This document shows positions 1 through 12,945 of a stretch of 64,000 nt of DNA, piece after piece. The notes beneath the pieces were generated by a model. The model saw nothing but the letters and a program-made list of their open reading frames with translations, ran no database searches and was not told the origin of the DNA. Origin of the DNA: the human T2T-CHM13v2.0 reference genome, Homo sapiens; NCBI RefSeq assembly GCF_009914755.1, contig NC_060932.1; one strand, given 5' to 3'. The first letter of the stretch is position 1. The number at the start of each line of letters is the position of its first letter. The position numbers and the translations under genes are program-made.

Positions 1-99
1 AAGCTTGGCCAAGTTACTTAACCTCTCTGAAAACCATCACACAATGTAATATTGAGATGCTTTGTAAAAATAATAAGAACAAATAAATGCAATCCATTA

Positions 100-1417
100 G
101 ACCCTAGGAAAGGAAGAAAATAACCTAAACCAGGAGTATTTTGAGGCAATGGTGGAATACACAGGTGGATCTAATTTCACATTCTGGTGATGAAAACACG
201 ATCAAGGAAAATATCTTTATCAGTAAGCGAACATTTGCTAGGATCCATGCCTTTACATTTTTTCCCATTTGAGTGCCATTTTTTGATGGAATGGTATGAC
301 AAAGAATCTTTTAACTGTATGAAAGGGAAGGAAGAAAAGGATGAGGCAATTCATCACAACTTATTAATAAACAAATTTTACCCTGCTTAGCAAGATTATA
401 TTTTAAATCAAATGTTTGAGCTAATTATAATCATACTAAGCTCCACTTGAGTTCTACTAGTGTGCTGACCCTTTACCCTGTTGAACGTCAGCTAGTGCCA
501 GGCCCTAAAGCAGATATACTAACACTACCTCCTTTAAAGTGTTAACTGAGCTAGAACAAAACTCCCTTTTACAGAAGTACTGATTTTCTTATCGCTTTCA
601 AATATGGAAAATACATGGCAGATCAAATATGAATTCCATGATCCCCAATTGAAACATGAGACTCCAAGAAATATGAGACCAACTTATTGAAAATGATGCA
701 AGAAAATAATGAGAAAATATTTCCTTTTTGAGTGACAAAACACCATAAAGAAAATGTTAAGGAAGCTAGTTGTTCAATCATTGAAATGGCATAACTTGTG
801 ACACAAAAGAATTGGAACCAAAAAGTCCTGTCATCCTTTGGAGAAGGAAAAAAGCAATAAATAAAGTGGTTTTGCACCATGTGGCAGCCTATCCCCAGAT
901 CTGAATCGGAAATAGAGACTTTAGAAAATAAAGGCTCTGTTACTATTGACCAAACTGAAAGGTTAGATACCGAAACTCATCGTATTGACTTTGACAAAAT
1001 TCACATACTTTGTTATGACAATAAACTCATTAAATTAAAACCAAAATTGGAATTGAAATAGTGCAGACACCAAGAACCAAAAAACATTATAGAAACTAAG
1101 GACCTAAATTTCTCCCCAGAGGAGGTAGAATTGAAAATCATTGCTGTAATGAAATATGAAGAGATGAAGTTTGGGAATACAACAAAGAAACTTTTTTCTT
1201 ATTTAAAAGACGGTTTAATAGAATACAAATACCAATGTCTTGGAAGGAGGTACTTCCTGGCTAACCAAAACATTATGTTCATGGCAATCAAATGTTAATT
1301 AGAATTAAGGAGTAAGAGGCAAACATCTGAAAAAAAAAGTTTTAAAACTTAAGTCAAGCAAAGTTTCAAGGGACTTGAGAGTTTCAATGGGACTTATTTC
1401 CCATGCTCTGCGGTTTA
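100..1417 (+). pseudogene. Decayed coding-like frame, possibly a VLIG (GVIN1/URGCP-like) pseudogene fragment
   Basis: One frame runs 660-1298 (213 codons) with only 4 internal stops (729, 792, 858, 1059) in AT-rich DNA. It translates as SKKYETNLLKMMQENNEK...KWFCTMWQPIPR...EEVELKIIAVMKYEEMKFGNTTKKLFSYLKDG. Family assignment is by eye only. Confidence 0.35.
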
Positions 1418-1451
1418 AAAATATTATAATCACTTTCTACTCATGAAATTA

Positions 1452-1512
1452 TTAGGTCAGTGCAAAAGTAACTGCAGGAATTGGCAAAAGCTGCAATTAC
1501 TTTTTACCAACG
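1452..1512. mobile_element. MADE1 mariner (Hsmar1-derived) MITE, internally deleted
   Basis: TTAGGTCAGTGCAAAAGTAACTGC ... GCAATTACTTTTTACCAAC matches the MADE1 terminal inverted repeats. Confidence 0.8.
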
Positions 1513-4500
1513 TGCTACATTGTGCCGGGCCAGTCCTACAGTAGCAAAATTGCTGCCCACTCGTATGATCTGATCTGAAGAAATATCAAAACCCACCAGC
1601 CAAAATATAGCCCTGCCAGTCTGCCATTGCCTTATTCTCCCATTCTCTTTGGCCTGCAATTCACTCAATAAACTCATTGACTATAAGGCTTTTGGGGGCC
1701 CCTGAGATCATCTCATGTATGTAACTCCAGCAGAAGAGTTGAATGCAGAAACTGAGAAATATTCAAAGTAAGACCAGTTATCTTAGTGGGTAGTTGTTCT
1801 TGTCTACCGTAGTTAACAACGTGAATATCTTATGTTTGGAAATAAAATGTTCCCTCCTTCTTTGTCCTTCCCATGTTACTCTCCCATATGCTAGCAACCT
1901 CTCCACTCCTTGATAACTGTCACAATCTCTCCTCTGTCTTCAAATCTCCAACACAGAACATGCTTCAGAGCTTTTCTAGATTTTGAAATTGGCTGTGGTA
2001 AGGTTCCAAAATAACGAAAAATATGATTCCAGATTTTCTACCCTGGCAAATTTATGGAAAGCAATTTGACTACCACTATTATATCATCAGACAATGACAA
2101 TGTTTACAGTCCCCCTAGAGAGATGATTTGCAAGAACTTCTTCACTGTTATTTAGAAGGTATAGTCTTCACCTTTACAAATGTTTTACATTTGGTTTTAC
2201 AAATATTCCACTTTACTGGGCCTATGCTGAAATGGTTTGAATATCCAACTCATCACCAGCTAACAGCAGGGAACACAATGATAGTTAAATAGAGATCTCA
2301 GACATCACTATAAACACACTGGAAAGCTCTAGTCACTTCTTAAGATGTCATTATAATATAATACATTCACTTCAACATAAGAACCATCTGAGAATTGGTT
2401 GTGGGGCAAATAAAATCAAATTGTAGGGACTCCCATGTTAGATGGACCTTCAAATCTTTAATTAGGACAAAGTAAGGATTATTTAAAATTGCCATTTCTC
2501 TAGCAAATTTTTTTAATTAAGCACAGGTGCAAGAACACTAGATATATGAAATCATAGAGGTGCCAAAGGAAGCTATTTTCTTGGCAATTGAACATAAAGA
2601 ATTTATTTTGAAAATCCTATCTGTAGAAAGTAAAAATCTATCTGGTATGGATAGCATAAATGAAATCCTGTGAGTAGCTTCTTAAATTGTACACTTAGAA
2701 AAATGAAGGGGAAAGGCATAGAAGTATTTCCTAGCAAGCTAAATGTATGAATATCAGGAACAGTGAGGATAGGAATAGAAATATAGTAGGTAAATACATG
2801 CAATAAAGCTGTGTAAAATATAGCTTTAGGTAAACCAAATCGCTTGGTTATAAAATTGAATTCTTCTGTTAAGAAAAAGTTATCTCCTGGATTTGCAGCA
2901 ATAAATTTAAGTAGCAGAAGAAAGTCAAAGTGAAAGTAACTAAATCCAGATCTTTGAGAAATGTAGGACATCAAATTTCCAACAAAAAATATTTACTGAC
3001 TAGTCCCAATTTTAGGCACTTGGAAAGAACAAAAAGGATACCATTTTAATGTACAGGTTAACAACTCTCAAGGGTCTTATCCATGGAAATACTTAAAATC
3101 TTGGCTTTACTTGTTTTCACCTTTATTTCTAATTTATTCTCAAACTGTTTTTTTCTTCTATAAAGAGAAGAAATTTCTAGGAAAAAATCCTGACTTAGTG
3201 TTAGCAGCTCAACATGTTAAATATGTCATCTCTAATACTTTTTATAGCTCACAGTAAATCAGTATGTATTGGTCAACAATATTCAAACTAATATTTTTTT
3301 TATGAAAACATTTGAGAAATGGTAGTATAAATCTCAGGGAACTGGCTTGGTAACACAATGTGTTTGGTTACCATGTGCATGTCATAATAAAAACAAAGTT
3401 TTCAATGTACTTGACATTCCACAAAGCATATGAAATGTTTTTTCTTAGTTATGTCAGCAATGAATATGTAGTAAGTGGCTCATTTAGCCCAAGATTAGGA
3501 GAACTTCTTTTTTTAATTTCAAGTTTTGTGATTTTACGTATTCTTTGGAATTCTCTTCCCTGGCTTGCCAGTCAGCAAAAAGTATAAACCTTAGAAGCAA
3601 ACAGCAAAGTTGGCACTGTGAAATCAGTAGCCACTCACTCTGATACTTGATGGATGCAGGGTCTTTATATAAAGCCATCTGCATACCTATGGCTGTGAAA
3701 GTCACCAAATAGAAGAAAAACATAAACTAAGAGAAAACTCTCAACTGATGTTCTCATTCACATCAACTAGGGTGAAGGTCCATTAGGCAAATGAACCATT
3801 GTTTTTCTCTGTCTGTAGAAATAGCTTCCCAGATACCAAAAGAGAAAGAAAGAGCCATGGAGCAACTGATGGGTTGTAGAGCTCATTGCACATGCCACCT
3901 CAACCCAGGCCATGACTTCTCAGGCTTGCTGGATAAGTCTCACAGGACAGGGAAACCAATGGCCTAGAGTGAGTGGGAGCTTAGAGGCTGAAATACTGAT
4001 CCTTAGCCCTTCACTCAAGGGATGCTGGAACAATAGCAAATTCAGATAGGAAGCAAGTCACCCAACCAAGATGAAAACAAATGAAGAATCAATGTACATT
4101 AAGGCCATTTTTTTAATAGACTGATAGCACCCATGAGAGAACCTTTGTGAAAAGCAGCAAAAGAACTCTTTCTGTAACTAAGCAGGAGACGTTGAAAGAA
4201 ATACTACCCACAGCATTAGCAAGAGAAAAACAACACATAACCAGATCAGATGCAATCATGTATTCAAGCATTTATTACAGACACCTGGCACCTACTAGAT
4301 AGTTAGTGAATGTTAACTCTCTCCACACCAAGATGAAAAATATACATAACTGAAAGTTGATATAAGATTAAGGACAGTTTTTTTCAAACCTTACTTGTTA
4401 TCACTGTTCTATTCATCTATATCTTACTTTAAAACAAAATCTTGGAAGAAATATATGTTCCCATCATAACTCATTCAGAGTTCAATTTGCATTGGATTAA

Positions 4501-5429
4501 AAGCCCATTGCCAGTTATGATGAAGAAGTTCTAGAAAATAAGCCAGTTCTAAACAGACACTATTGAATAGGAGACATACCAAATGCGACTCCAAATTATC
4601 ATGGGTGTTACATTATGAAGGTGATCGTTCTTTGATCACTCATTTATTCATTCAACAGGATACATATATTGCATACTCATGGCTAAGTAGTAGAAACTAA
4701 AATGTGTAAACATGGAGCATATAATGTGATAATATATGTAAAAATTCTTTCAAAAGTGAAAAATGCCATAGAAATGCCAAAGTTGAAGATGATGGTGATG
4801 TAATCATATCCTTGGGGGAGAGGCAACATAGTCTCTTTAAATAAAGGAAAAGCTTGTCTGTTTATTAATTATATAAAAGGAATAATTTATATTCATAATC
4901 TATTTAGATTTCTAAGTAGCTAGAGAATTATTCCATAAAAAGTTGATTGTTCTGTTTCAAATTAGTTAACATAGGATTATGGGGAATGCTTTATTTGAAT
5001 GAGACAATGGTAAAAAGAAGACCTTTCTTGGTATAGAGAAGCATTAATTACAATCATCTTATTGGACAGTTTTATAAATCACTCAAAAGAAACTTCAGAG
5101 TGAAGTCTTCCTATTTGCAGACAGCGCTCAGCTTCCAGGCATCTAAATAACAAGCTGCCTGGCATCAATTAAATCTGAAGAGACTGTGGCATGAAAATTG
5201 ACAAATGAGTTTAACTATCATGAATAAAAGAGCAAAATAATAAAACAGTGGCTTTTGAGAGGATGGGCTCCAATGAAAAAACAGAAGAGAACCTGTTGTG
5301 ACATTATTGTTATTGCCTGTTTGCGCATGAATATTGTTGTTGCTGTTCATATTGTCCTCTCTTCAATTGAGTTATATACATTGTTGTTTTGACAGGTGTC
5401 AAGACATTTTAAGATGTTGTCAATTTGCC

Positions 5430-5790
5430 AAGGAAATGAAAGATTGTTGTGAATATGGCAAGATGTGAAAACAATGGAGGACTAGGTTTGGTATTAGTGA
5501 GGCAGATATTTGTCATTGGAGGAAATACTACAATTCCATATTTTCTTTGAGAGCAACTACAAAATTCATTTTGCAACATAAGAAAGGAAGGTGCTCACAA
5601 GTGACAGAGCTGTGATGTCTTGTTACTGAGCAATGTGCAAAATGCTGGCTTATCACACACTACATAATGCGACTGAGGGCAGGAAACACTGCCAACCCCT
5701 TCAAATACAAGAAAGAAGTTCAAATGCAAAAATAGGCTAAGGAGGTCTAATTTTGCATTACTTGGGGTTATTGGTAAGACATTGAGTCAT
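5430..5790 (+). mobile_element. Tc2/pogo-family (Kanga-like) DNA transposon fossil, N-terminal HTH region of transposase
   Basis: Translates as RFGISEADICHWRKYYNSIFSLRATTKFILQHKKGRCSQV...ITHYIMRLRAG. This resembles the Brinker/CENP-B HTH of POGK-type transposases (FGVLEKNVRDWRK...KNGRF...ITREAMQLKA). Confidence 0.65.
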
Positions 5791-5969
5791 GGTCTAATTG
5801 GCAGGTTTTTTTCCTTTCATGTGAAAATAAGATTTTTTTTTACAACTAATAGTGTATTAAAGTTAATAAAATGCAGTCAGTCCATATTTGGCGATGGGGG
5901 AAGAGCGTGTAAAAAGTGTTGCGTATATGAAGAGAGACGGGCAAGCCAGATGGAGCCGTGGCCTCGGGG

Positions 5970-6290
5970 AGTGAACCAACAAAGGCAGGGACATATATCC
6001 AGCCATGCAGGGTCATATCAGAGCTGTGTTTTCATTCTAAGAGCAATGAGAATCCATGAAACATTCCAGTGGGACTGCGGCTAGGGTCAGGGTGGGGAGA
6101 GAAGACTTGTCATTTTTAAAGCTCAGTCTGGCTGTGCTATGGAGAAATGGCCCCAAGTGGGTCCTGAATGAATGGTCCACACACTGGATAGAAGTTGGTC
6201 ACGGTGCTTCAAGCCAGAGCTACAGTAACAAGGACCTGGGAGGTGACAGACAGTAAGCAGACATTGTCATGAAATATTTGAAAGTACTTT
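5970..6290 (-). mobile_element. L2 LINE fragment
   Basis: TTTTCATTCTAAGAGCAATGAGAATCCA and TCAGTCTGGCTGTGCTATGGAGAA resemble antisense L2. Confidence 0.55.
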
Positions 6291-6307
6291 AATAGGTATA
6301 TGCAATA

Positions 6308-6763
6308 TGGTTTTCAAACTTTTACCTGGAACCAGTTTGAAGGCCCTGGCTAGAGATCAGTCAATTTCCCTAACTGAGCAACTGATTAAGGTCACATCCT
6401 CAACTACCTCCCATACTGGGTTCTCACACCGTGGGCCACAACACACCCATCCTAATCACCCCAAGGCTAGGTACCAGACAACCAGGAGCAGCCTCTATGC
6501 CCAGATCCTGCTGAAAATACTCAAACCAGCCATCTAAACCTGTGTACCTTGCCTCACCCATTTCTTCCAACGAAAAACACAATAAAGGCTCTAGCCCACA
6601 TTTTCTCCTGACTCCTTCAGTGTTTTGACCAACTCTGGGGCTTCCTCCTGTGTCCCTGCCTAGGATAGGGTGCTATGTTAAAAATGTGTGAATCTTTCTC
6701 ATTTCTCTCTCTTGATCTGCATCTGGCCTCACCACACTTCACCCAAGGTAAGTGGTTAAAACA
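6308..6763 (+). mobile_element. ERVL solo LTR, MER74-like
   Basis: GGTACCAGACAACC...CTATGCCCAGA, CACAATAAAGGCTCT polyA region, TGGCCTCACCA, terminal TTAAAACA. Confidence 0.7.
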
Positions 6764-8299
6764 GTATAACCCTGTTAAAATCTAAAAGGTAAATCTGAAT
6801 TTAGTGAAATTTTAATAAACCAAATCATTAGATGACACAGGAAAAAGAGTAGTAGAAATCTAAATGTCACTCAAACATTTAGTCACTTAGAGACCAAACT
6901 TATTGAAAACTCATAAGACAGAGCAAACCAAAAAAAAAAAAAAAAGTTACAATGTCCTTTCCTACCAAGTTTGCAGACAAGTAGCAGAATTGTTTGATCT
7001 GATTTTTATTTCATTTTATTTCTCCTGTCCATCATCTGGCAGAGATGCTAAAGAACAATGAACAATTACATGTTCAAAAAGCAAGCAGAAAACGAAGAAT
7101 GAGGAATAAAAGACCTGTTTAATCTTAAAATTAGATAAGTAATATTTGAATAATTGTGCTTTGACTAGAATAATAGCATAGCTTCTGCCCATGACGGACC
7201 CTTGATAAATGTTTGCTTGAGCGAATAAAAGAACTGACAGGATTCTTTAATTGCAAAAATGTCATTAAATTAATATTAATTATAAAATGAAAATCTCAGA
7301 TAAAATATATAACTCAAAAATATATTACATTCAAGAGAATAAGACATGTCCTTTGACATGTGTTTATCTGCTAAGAATCCTAGAGTTGCGTTCACAGTTT
7401 AATCCAACTGTCTTTATAGATCTACATATATGCATGTTCATATATTTGAATAATTTTGCACATATTCAGTTTGAGACGTAATTATTCAGCTTAATCATAA
7501 TGCAGTGTTTGAGGTATTAAATGAGTACAAATACAACAACAACCCATGGAGCATAAAGCCCATATTTCTAAATCTGTTTGCAATTCTAAGAAACTCTAGT
7601 TAGTTCAAAAGAGATACTTTTGTTGACAGAGATCCAACTGGGGTTTAAGATATTATGACATATACACTCTTAACAGATAAAAGTAGAAAGGAAGAGACCA
7701 GAGCTAAGTAAGAATTTCAGGATGAATTGCACACCATCCTTTAGGATAAAATTTTTTTCTTACCTGTGGGGAACCATCTCTAAAGTACAAGGCAAGAGAG
7801 ATATAGTTTAAGATTTTAAACTTCAGTTTCCATACATGAAAGGAAATATAATTAAAAATGAAGTCTTCATGTTTTGAAAGGAACTTGAAAATGGCACACT
7901 TAGCCAAGTTTCTTTGATAAGTTTTGATAGTAATTGGTACCTATAGTGTTTGTGCAAGAGGCACATATAACCGTAGCCCCACCTGATTATAAAATCTGCT
8001 TTCACTTTCATCACAAAAGTTGATTATGCATACCTGTTAGCTGATATTCTGTGCGTCCATCTCTGAATGGCTCAGTTGCATGGATTAGGCTTTTAATAAG
8101 GGCCACATGGCAGGATTCATTTCTTTTATGCCATTTTGCCTTGCATTGGTCTTGCCACAGACTACAGATATCCCATAAATTCATATCTTTAGCCATAAGC
8201 AAGACTGGCTAAAGGGTGTGGATACGACTCTACCAACCAATTATAAAAGTAGCCCAGAGTTTGTCCCTACTGACAACAATGGCATCATCTAACTTGTGA

Positions 8300-8927
8300 A
8301 AGACAGGCCTTGACATATACTCTTGCCATCCATCCTCCAGCCCCCTGCCCCAGAAACTTCTCAAAAGATAAATCAGATCAAAACCTACTTTAAATCTCAG
8401 ACAAATTTCCCATTGCTTTTCAGATGAAACTACATTTATCACAACCCCCAAGTCCCTGCGTGTTATACTCTCAGCCTCATTTTCTACCATTTCTTCCTGA
8501 TTCCTTTTGACCCCCACTCCCCTCCTTTCCTTCCCACCTTTACGGCTAGCATTGAGTGCCTGCAGCTTTTCTAGGTGCACAGTGCAAGCTGTCAGTGGAT
8601 CTACCATTCTGGGGTCTGGAGGATGGTGGCCCTCTTATCACAGCTCCATTATCTCAGCCATAATAATCTCTCTGTACTCCTTAAACACACAAAACCCCAC
8701 TCTTTGTCTTCCGATGATCCTCTCATCCACCTGAAAATCCAGAATCCTACTTTCATGTTAAGCATTGTATAATATGGGTTTGATGTTAGTTTCCCTGAGT
8801 AGTCTGTAAATCTGTGAGAGCAAAGACAGTGCCAATAGCCATCTCTGCTAAATTTCTAGGACTAAGCAAAGTTCTAGGAATTTAATAAATATTTGTTGAA
8901 TGAATGAATGAATGAATGAATGAATGA
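8300..8927 (+). mobile_element. L2 3' region ending in (TGAA)n tail
   Basis: AAATCAGATCA...CCCATTGCTTTTCAGATGAAA; terminal AATAAATATTTGTTGAATGAATGAATG. Confidence 0.65.
8544..8648 (-). mobile_element. Isolated 105-bp THE1/MST internal fragment
   Basis: Aligns ungapped to 11396-11500 inside the MaLR element (about 13 mismatches by hand). Confidence 0.85.
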
Positions 8928-9196
8928 CAACAGTTTCTTTTATAAATAAGCACAACATAATTAAAGCCCTGTTTCTCCATGAGCCATGTCTCCTTGGGCG
9001 CTATTTCAGGGCACCATTTTTAACATGCAACAATGCCACAAAGGCCTCCTGCTCTTGTGTTCTCCAGCCTCATTTCTCACCACTCTGCATATTCACCACT
9101 CACTTCCTCTTAAACTTAGCAGTTTTTCCTTCATTCTGGGTGCTCATTTAATTTACCTGTTATTCCTTTCTCTCAATTTCACTGCCACTTCACTTC

Positions 9197-9551
9197 TGTA
9201 TTAGTCTGTTCTCACGCTGCTAATAAAGACATGCCCAAGACTAGGTAATTTATAAAGAGGTTTAATTGACTCACAGTTCCATGTGGCTGGGGAGGCCTCA
9301 CAATAAGGGTGGAAGGCAAATGAGGAGCAAAGTCACATCTTACATGGTGGCAGGCAAGAGGGGATGTGCAGGGGAATGCCCTTTTATAAAACCATCAAAT
9401 CTCATGAAACTTATTCACGATCACAAGAACAACATGGGAAAAACCCGCCCCCATGATTCAATTACCTCCCACCAGGTCCCTCCCATGACACATGGGTATT
9501 ATTACAATTCAAGGTGAGATTTGCTTGGGAACACAGAACCAAACCATATCA
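9197..9551 (-). mobile_element. THE1 (THE1C-like) solo LTR
   Basis: TGTATTAGTCTGTTCTCACGCTGCTAATAAAGAC ... CCAAACCATATCA; perfect 5-bp TSD ACTTC at 9192-9196 and 9552-9556. Confidence 0.92.
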
Positions 9552-10562
9552 ACTTCCTTCACTTGGCTGTTCTTTCCTTATTCTTCAGGCCCCGTAAAAA
9601 ATGTTTCCTCCTTGGAAGAGCATTCTTGGACAATCCAAGGGATCCTCTAGCAGCTTCTATACTAGAGCAGATACTTATTTTATCACTTTTCAAATATTGT
9701 TTACTTGAATTAATTTCCAAGTATAATTTTAGTTACTTGAGCGGTAGGGATATATCTTATCTCCCATATAAATATTTAGTAGACTCTCAATAATATTTAA
9801 ATAGCTCTTAGTAGAAATTTTTAAAAATATTTTACAAGTATATTCTCATAGTCTAAAATATACTAAAATATAAAACACATCCTGTAACAATATAAAATCT
9901 AAACAATTGACTAAGATTGGTCCTATTTTCTAATGGTATTTTATTATGTTGGTAAAGAAATAACATAAAATATACTATATTGACATTAACATAACCAAAC
10001 ACAGCTAGTAAAGCTTACTGAAACCCAGCAGGTATCAAGATTATCTGTCGATAGCTATCAGTAATCAAAATTTTACTTCATTTGATAAAGACCTAAATTG
10101 TTCCCTCCATTTCTGTAAAAATTACATTAGATATACAACAATATCTCACATGCTGGCATTTGCTCAAGTTAATTCTCAAGTGATATTTTTGGTTTCTGTA
10201 CTAAATTACATAGGAATGATCTGGAGTAACAGTTTTCATAGCTTTACAATAAAGCCAGAAAAACAATGCTCGTGTTTTTTATTACTAGTCCAATTAAAAA
10301 TGTTTGTGTACAACAAATGTTAATGTAATCAGCAAAGACAGTAGTGCATTCAAGAGTACATTCTCTACTTTTCCAAAATTCACAGACCATAGATCTTTCT
10401 AAGGAAAGTTTTGCTTCAAAAGCTCAAATGTATTATTAATGGAGACAGAATTATAGTAATCCTGGGAGATGTTGAGGAGAAGCATTCGTCCTGAGGGTCT
10501 CCTGGGTTACTCAGGGTAAAGTCTTTAGTGTAAGAGGATTCAACATTAACAGAAAAAGTAGG

Positions 10563-12945
10563 TATATTAGTCCAGTCTCACATTGCTAGAAAGAAGTACC
10601 TGTGACTGGATAAATTATAAAGAAAAGAGTTTTATTTGACTCACAGTTCCACAGGCTGTACAGTAGACGTCTCTGGGGGAGCCTCAGGAAACTTACAATC
10701 ATGGCAGAAAGGGAACCTGGTACATCTTCACATGGTGGCAAGACAGAGAGAGTGAAGGGGGTAGTGCTACAGACTTTTAAACAACCAGATCTCATGAGAA
10801 CTAACTTACTATCATGAGAACAGCAAGGGGGATATCTGTCCCCATGATCCAGTCACCTCCCACCAGGTTCCACCTCCAACACTCGGGATCACAATTCAAC
10901 ATGAGATTAGGTGGGGATACAGAAACAAACCACATCATTCTGCCCCTAGCCTCTCCCAAATCTCATGTTCTTCTCACATTTTAAAACATGATCATGCCTT
11001 CCCAACAGTCCCCCCAAAGTCTTAACATTCCAGCATTAACTCAAAAGTCCAAGTCCAAAGTCTCATCTGATTCAAGGCAAGTCCCTTCTGCCTATGAGCC
11101 TGTAAAATTTAAAAAAAAAAAAAGTAAGTTACTTTCAAGATATAATGGAGCTACAGGCATTGGGTAAATCCTCTCCTTCCAAAAGGGAGAAATTGGCCAA
11201 AACAAAGGGGCGACAGGCCCTGTACAAGTCTGAAACCCAGCAGGGCAGTCATTCGATCTCAAAGCTCCAAAATAATGTATTTTGACTCCATGTCTCACAT
11301 CCAGGCCACACTGTCATAAGGGGTGGGATCCCAAGGCCTTGGGCAGCTCCACCTCTGTGGATCTTCAGGGTACAGCCCCCATGGCTGCTTTCAGGGGCTA
11401 CTGTTGAGCACCTGCAGCTTTTCCAGGTACACAGTGCAAGCTGTTAGTGGATCTACCATTCTGGTGTCTGGAGGATGATGACCCTCTTCTCACAGTTCCA
11501 CTAGACAGTGTTCCAGTGGGGACTTTATGTGGGGGCTCCACTCCCACATTTCCCCTCTGCACTGCCCCAGTAGAGTTTCTCCATAAGGGCTCCACTCCTG
11601 CAGCAAACATCTGCCTGGACATCCAGGAATTTCCATACATCCTCTGAAATCTAGGTAGAAATTCCCAAACCTCAAATCTTGCTTTCTGTGCACCCACAGG
11701 CCCAACACCACATGGAAGCCACCAAACTTGGGGCTTGAACCTTCTGAAGCAGCAGCCTGAGCTGTACTTTGATGGCTTTTAGCCACAGCTGGAGCTGGAG
11801 CAGCTGAGGTGCAGGGTGCCATGTCCTGAGGCTGCAAAGAGAAGCAGGGCCCTAGGCCCCGCCCACAAAAACATTTTTCCCTCTCAGGCTTCTGGGCCTG
11901 TGTTAGAAGGGGCTGCTGGAAAGGTCTCTGACATGGCCTGGAGACATTTTCACCATTGTCTTGGCTATTAACATTTGGCTTCTCTTTACTTATGCAAATT
12001 TCTGCACCTGGCTTTAACTTCTCCTCAGAAAATAGGTTTTCCTTTCTACCACATGGATGGGCTGCAAATTTTCCAAACTTTTATGCTCTGCTTCCCTTTT
12101 CAATATAAGTTTCAGTTTCAGATAATCTTTTTGTTCATGAATACGAGCATACACTTTTAGAAACAGCTAGGTTACCTTTTGAATGCTTTGCTGCTTGGAA
12201 ATTTCTTCTGCCAGATATCCTAAATTATCTCTCTCAAGTTCAAAGTTCCACAGATCTCTAGGGAAGGGGCAAAATGCCCCTCTCTTTGCTAAAGCATAGC
12301 AAGAGTGACCTTTACTCTAGTCCTTAATAAATTCCTCATCTCCATCTGGGATCACCTCAGCCTGGACTTGATTGTCCATATCACTGTCAGCATTTTGATC
12401 ACAACCACTCAACAAGTCTCTAGGAAGTTCCAAACTTTTTCACATCTTTCTGTCTTTCTCTGAGCCCCCCAAACTCTTCCAGCCTCTGCCCATTACCCAG
12501 TTCCAAAGTCGCTTCCACATTTTCAGGTATCTTTATAGCAATGCTCCACTCTTCTGGTACCAATTTTCTGTATTAGTTCATTCTTACATTGCTATAAAGC
12601 ATTACCTGAGATTGGGTAATTTATAAAGAAAAGAGGTTTAATTGACTCACCGTTCCACAGGCTATACAGAAGGCATGGCTGGGGAGGCCTCAGGAAACTT
12701 ACAATCAAGGCAGAAGGGGAAGCAGGCACATCTTCACATGGTGGCAGGAGAGTGAGAGAGTAAAGCGGGAGGTGCTACACACTTTTAAACAACCAGATCT
12801 CATGAGAACTCACTCACTATCATGAGAATAGCAACAGGAAAGTCTGCCCCCGTGGTCCAGTCACCTCTCACCAGATCCCACCTTCAACACTCAGGATCAC
12901 AATTCAACATGGGATTGAGTGAAGACACAGAGCCAAACCCTATCA
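10563..12945 (-). mobile_element. Full-length MaLR element (MSTA/THE1D-type): LTR 10563-10937, internal 10938-12568, LTR 12569-12945
   Basis: Two similar ~375-bp LTRs flank a ~1.6-kb THE1/MST-type internal region; TSD GTAGG/ATAGG. Confidence 0.92.

Noticed and set aside
11092-12160. ORFs inside the MaLR internal region
   Set aside because: These are typical decayed THE1/MST internal frames, not a host gene.
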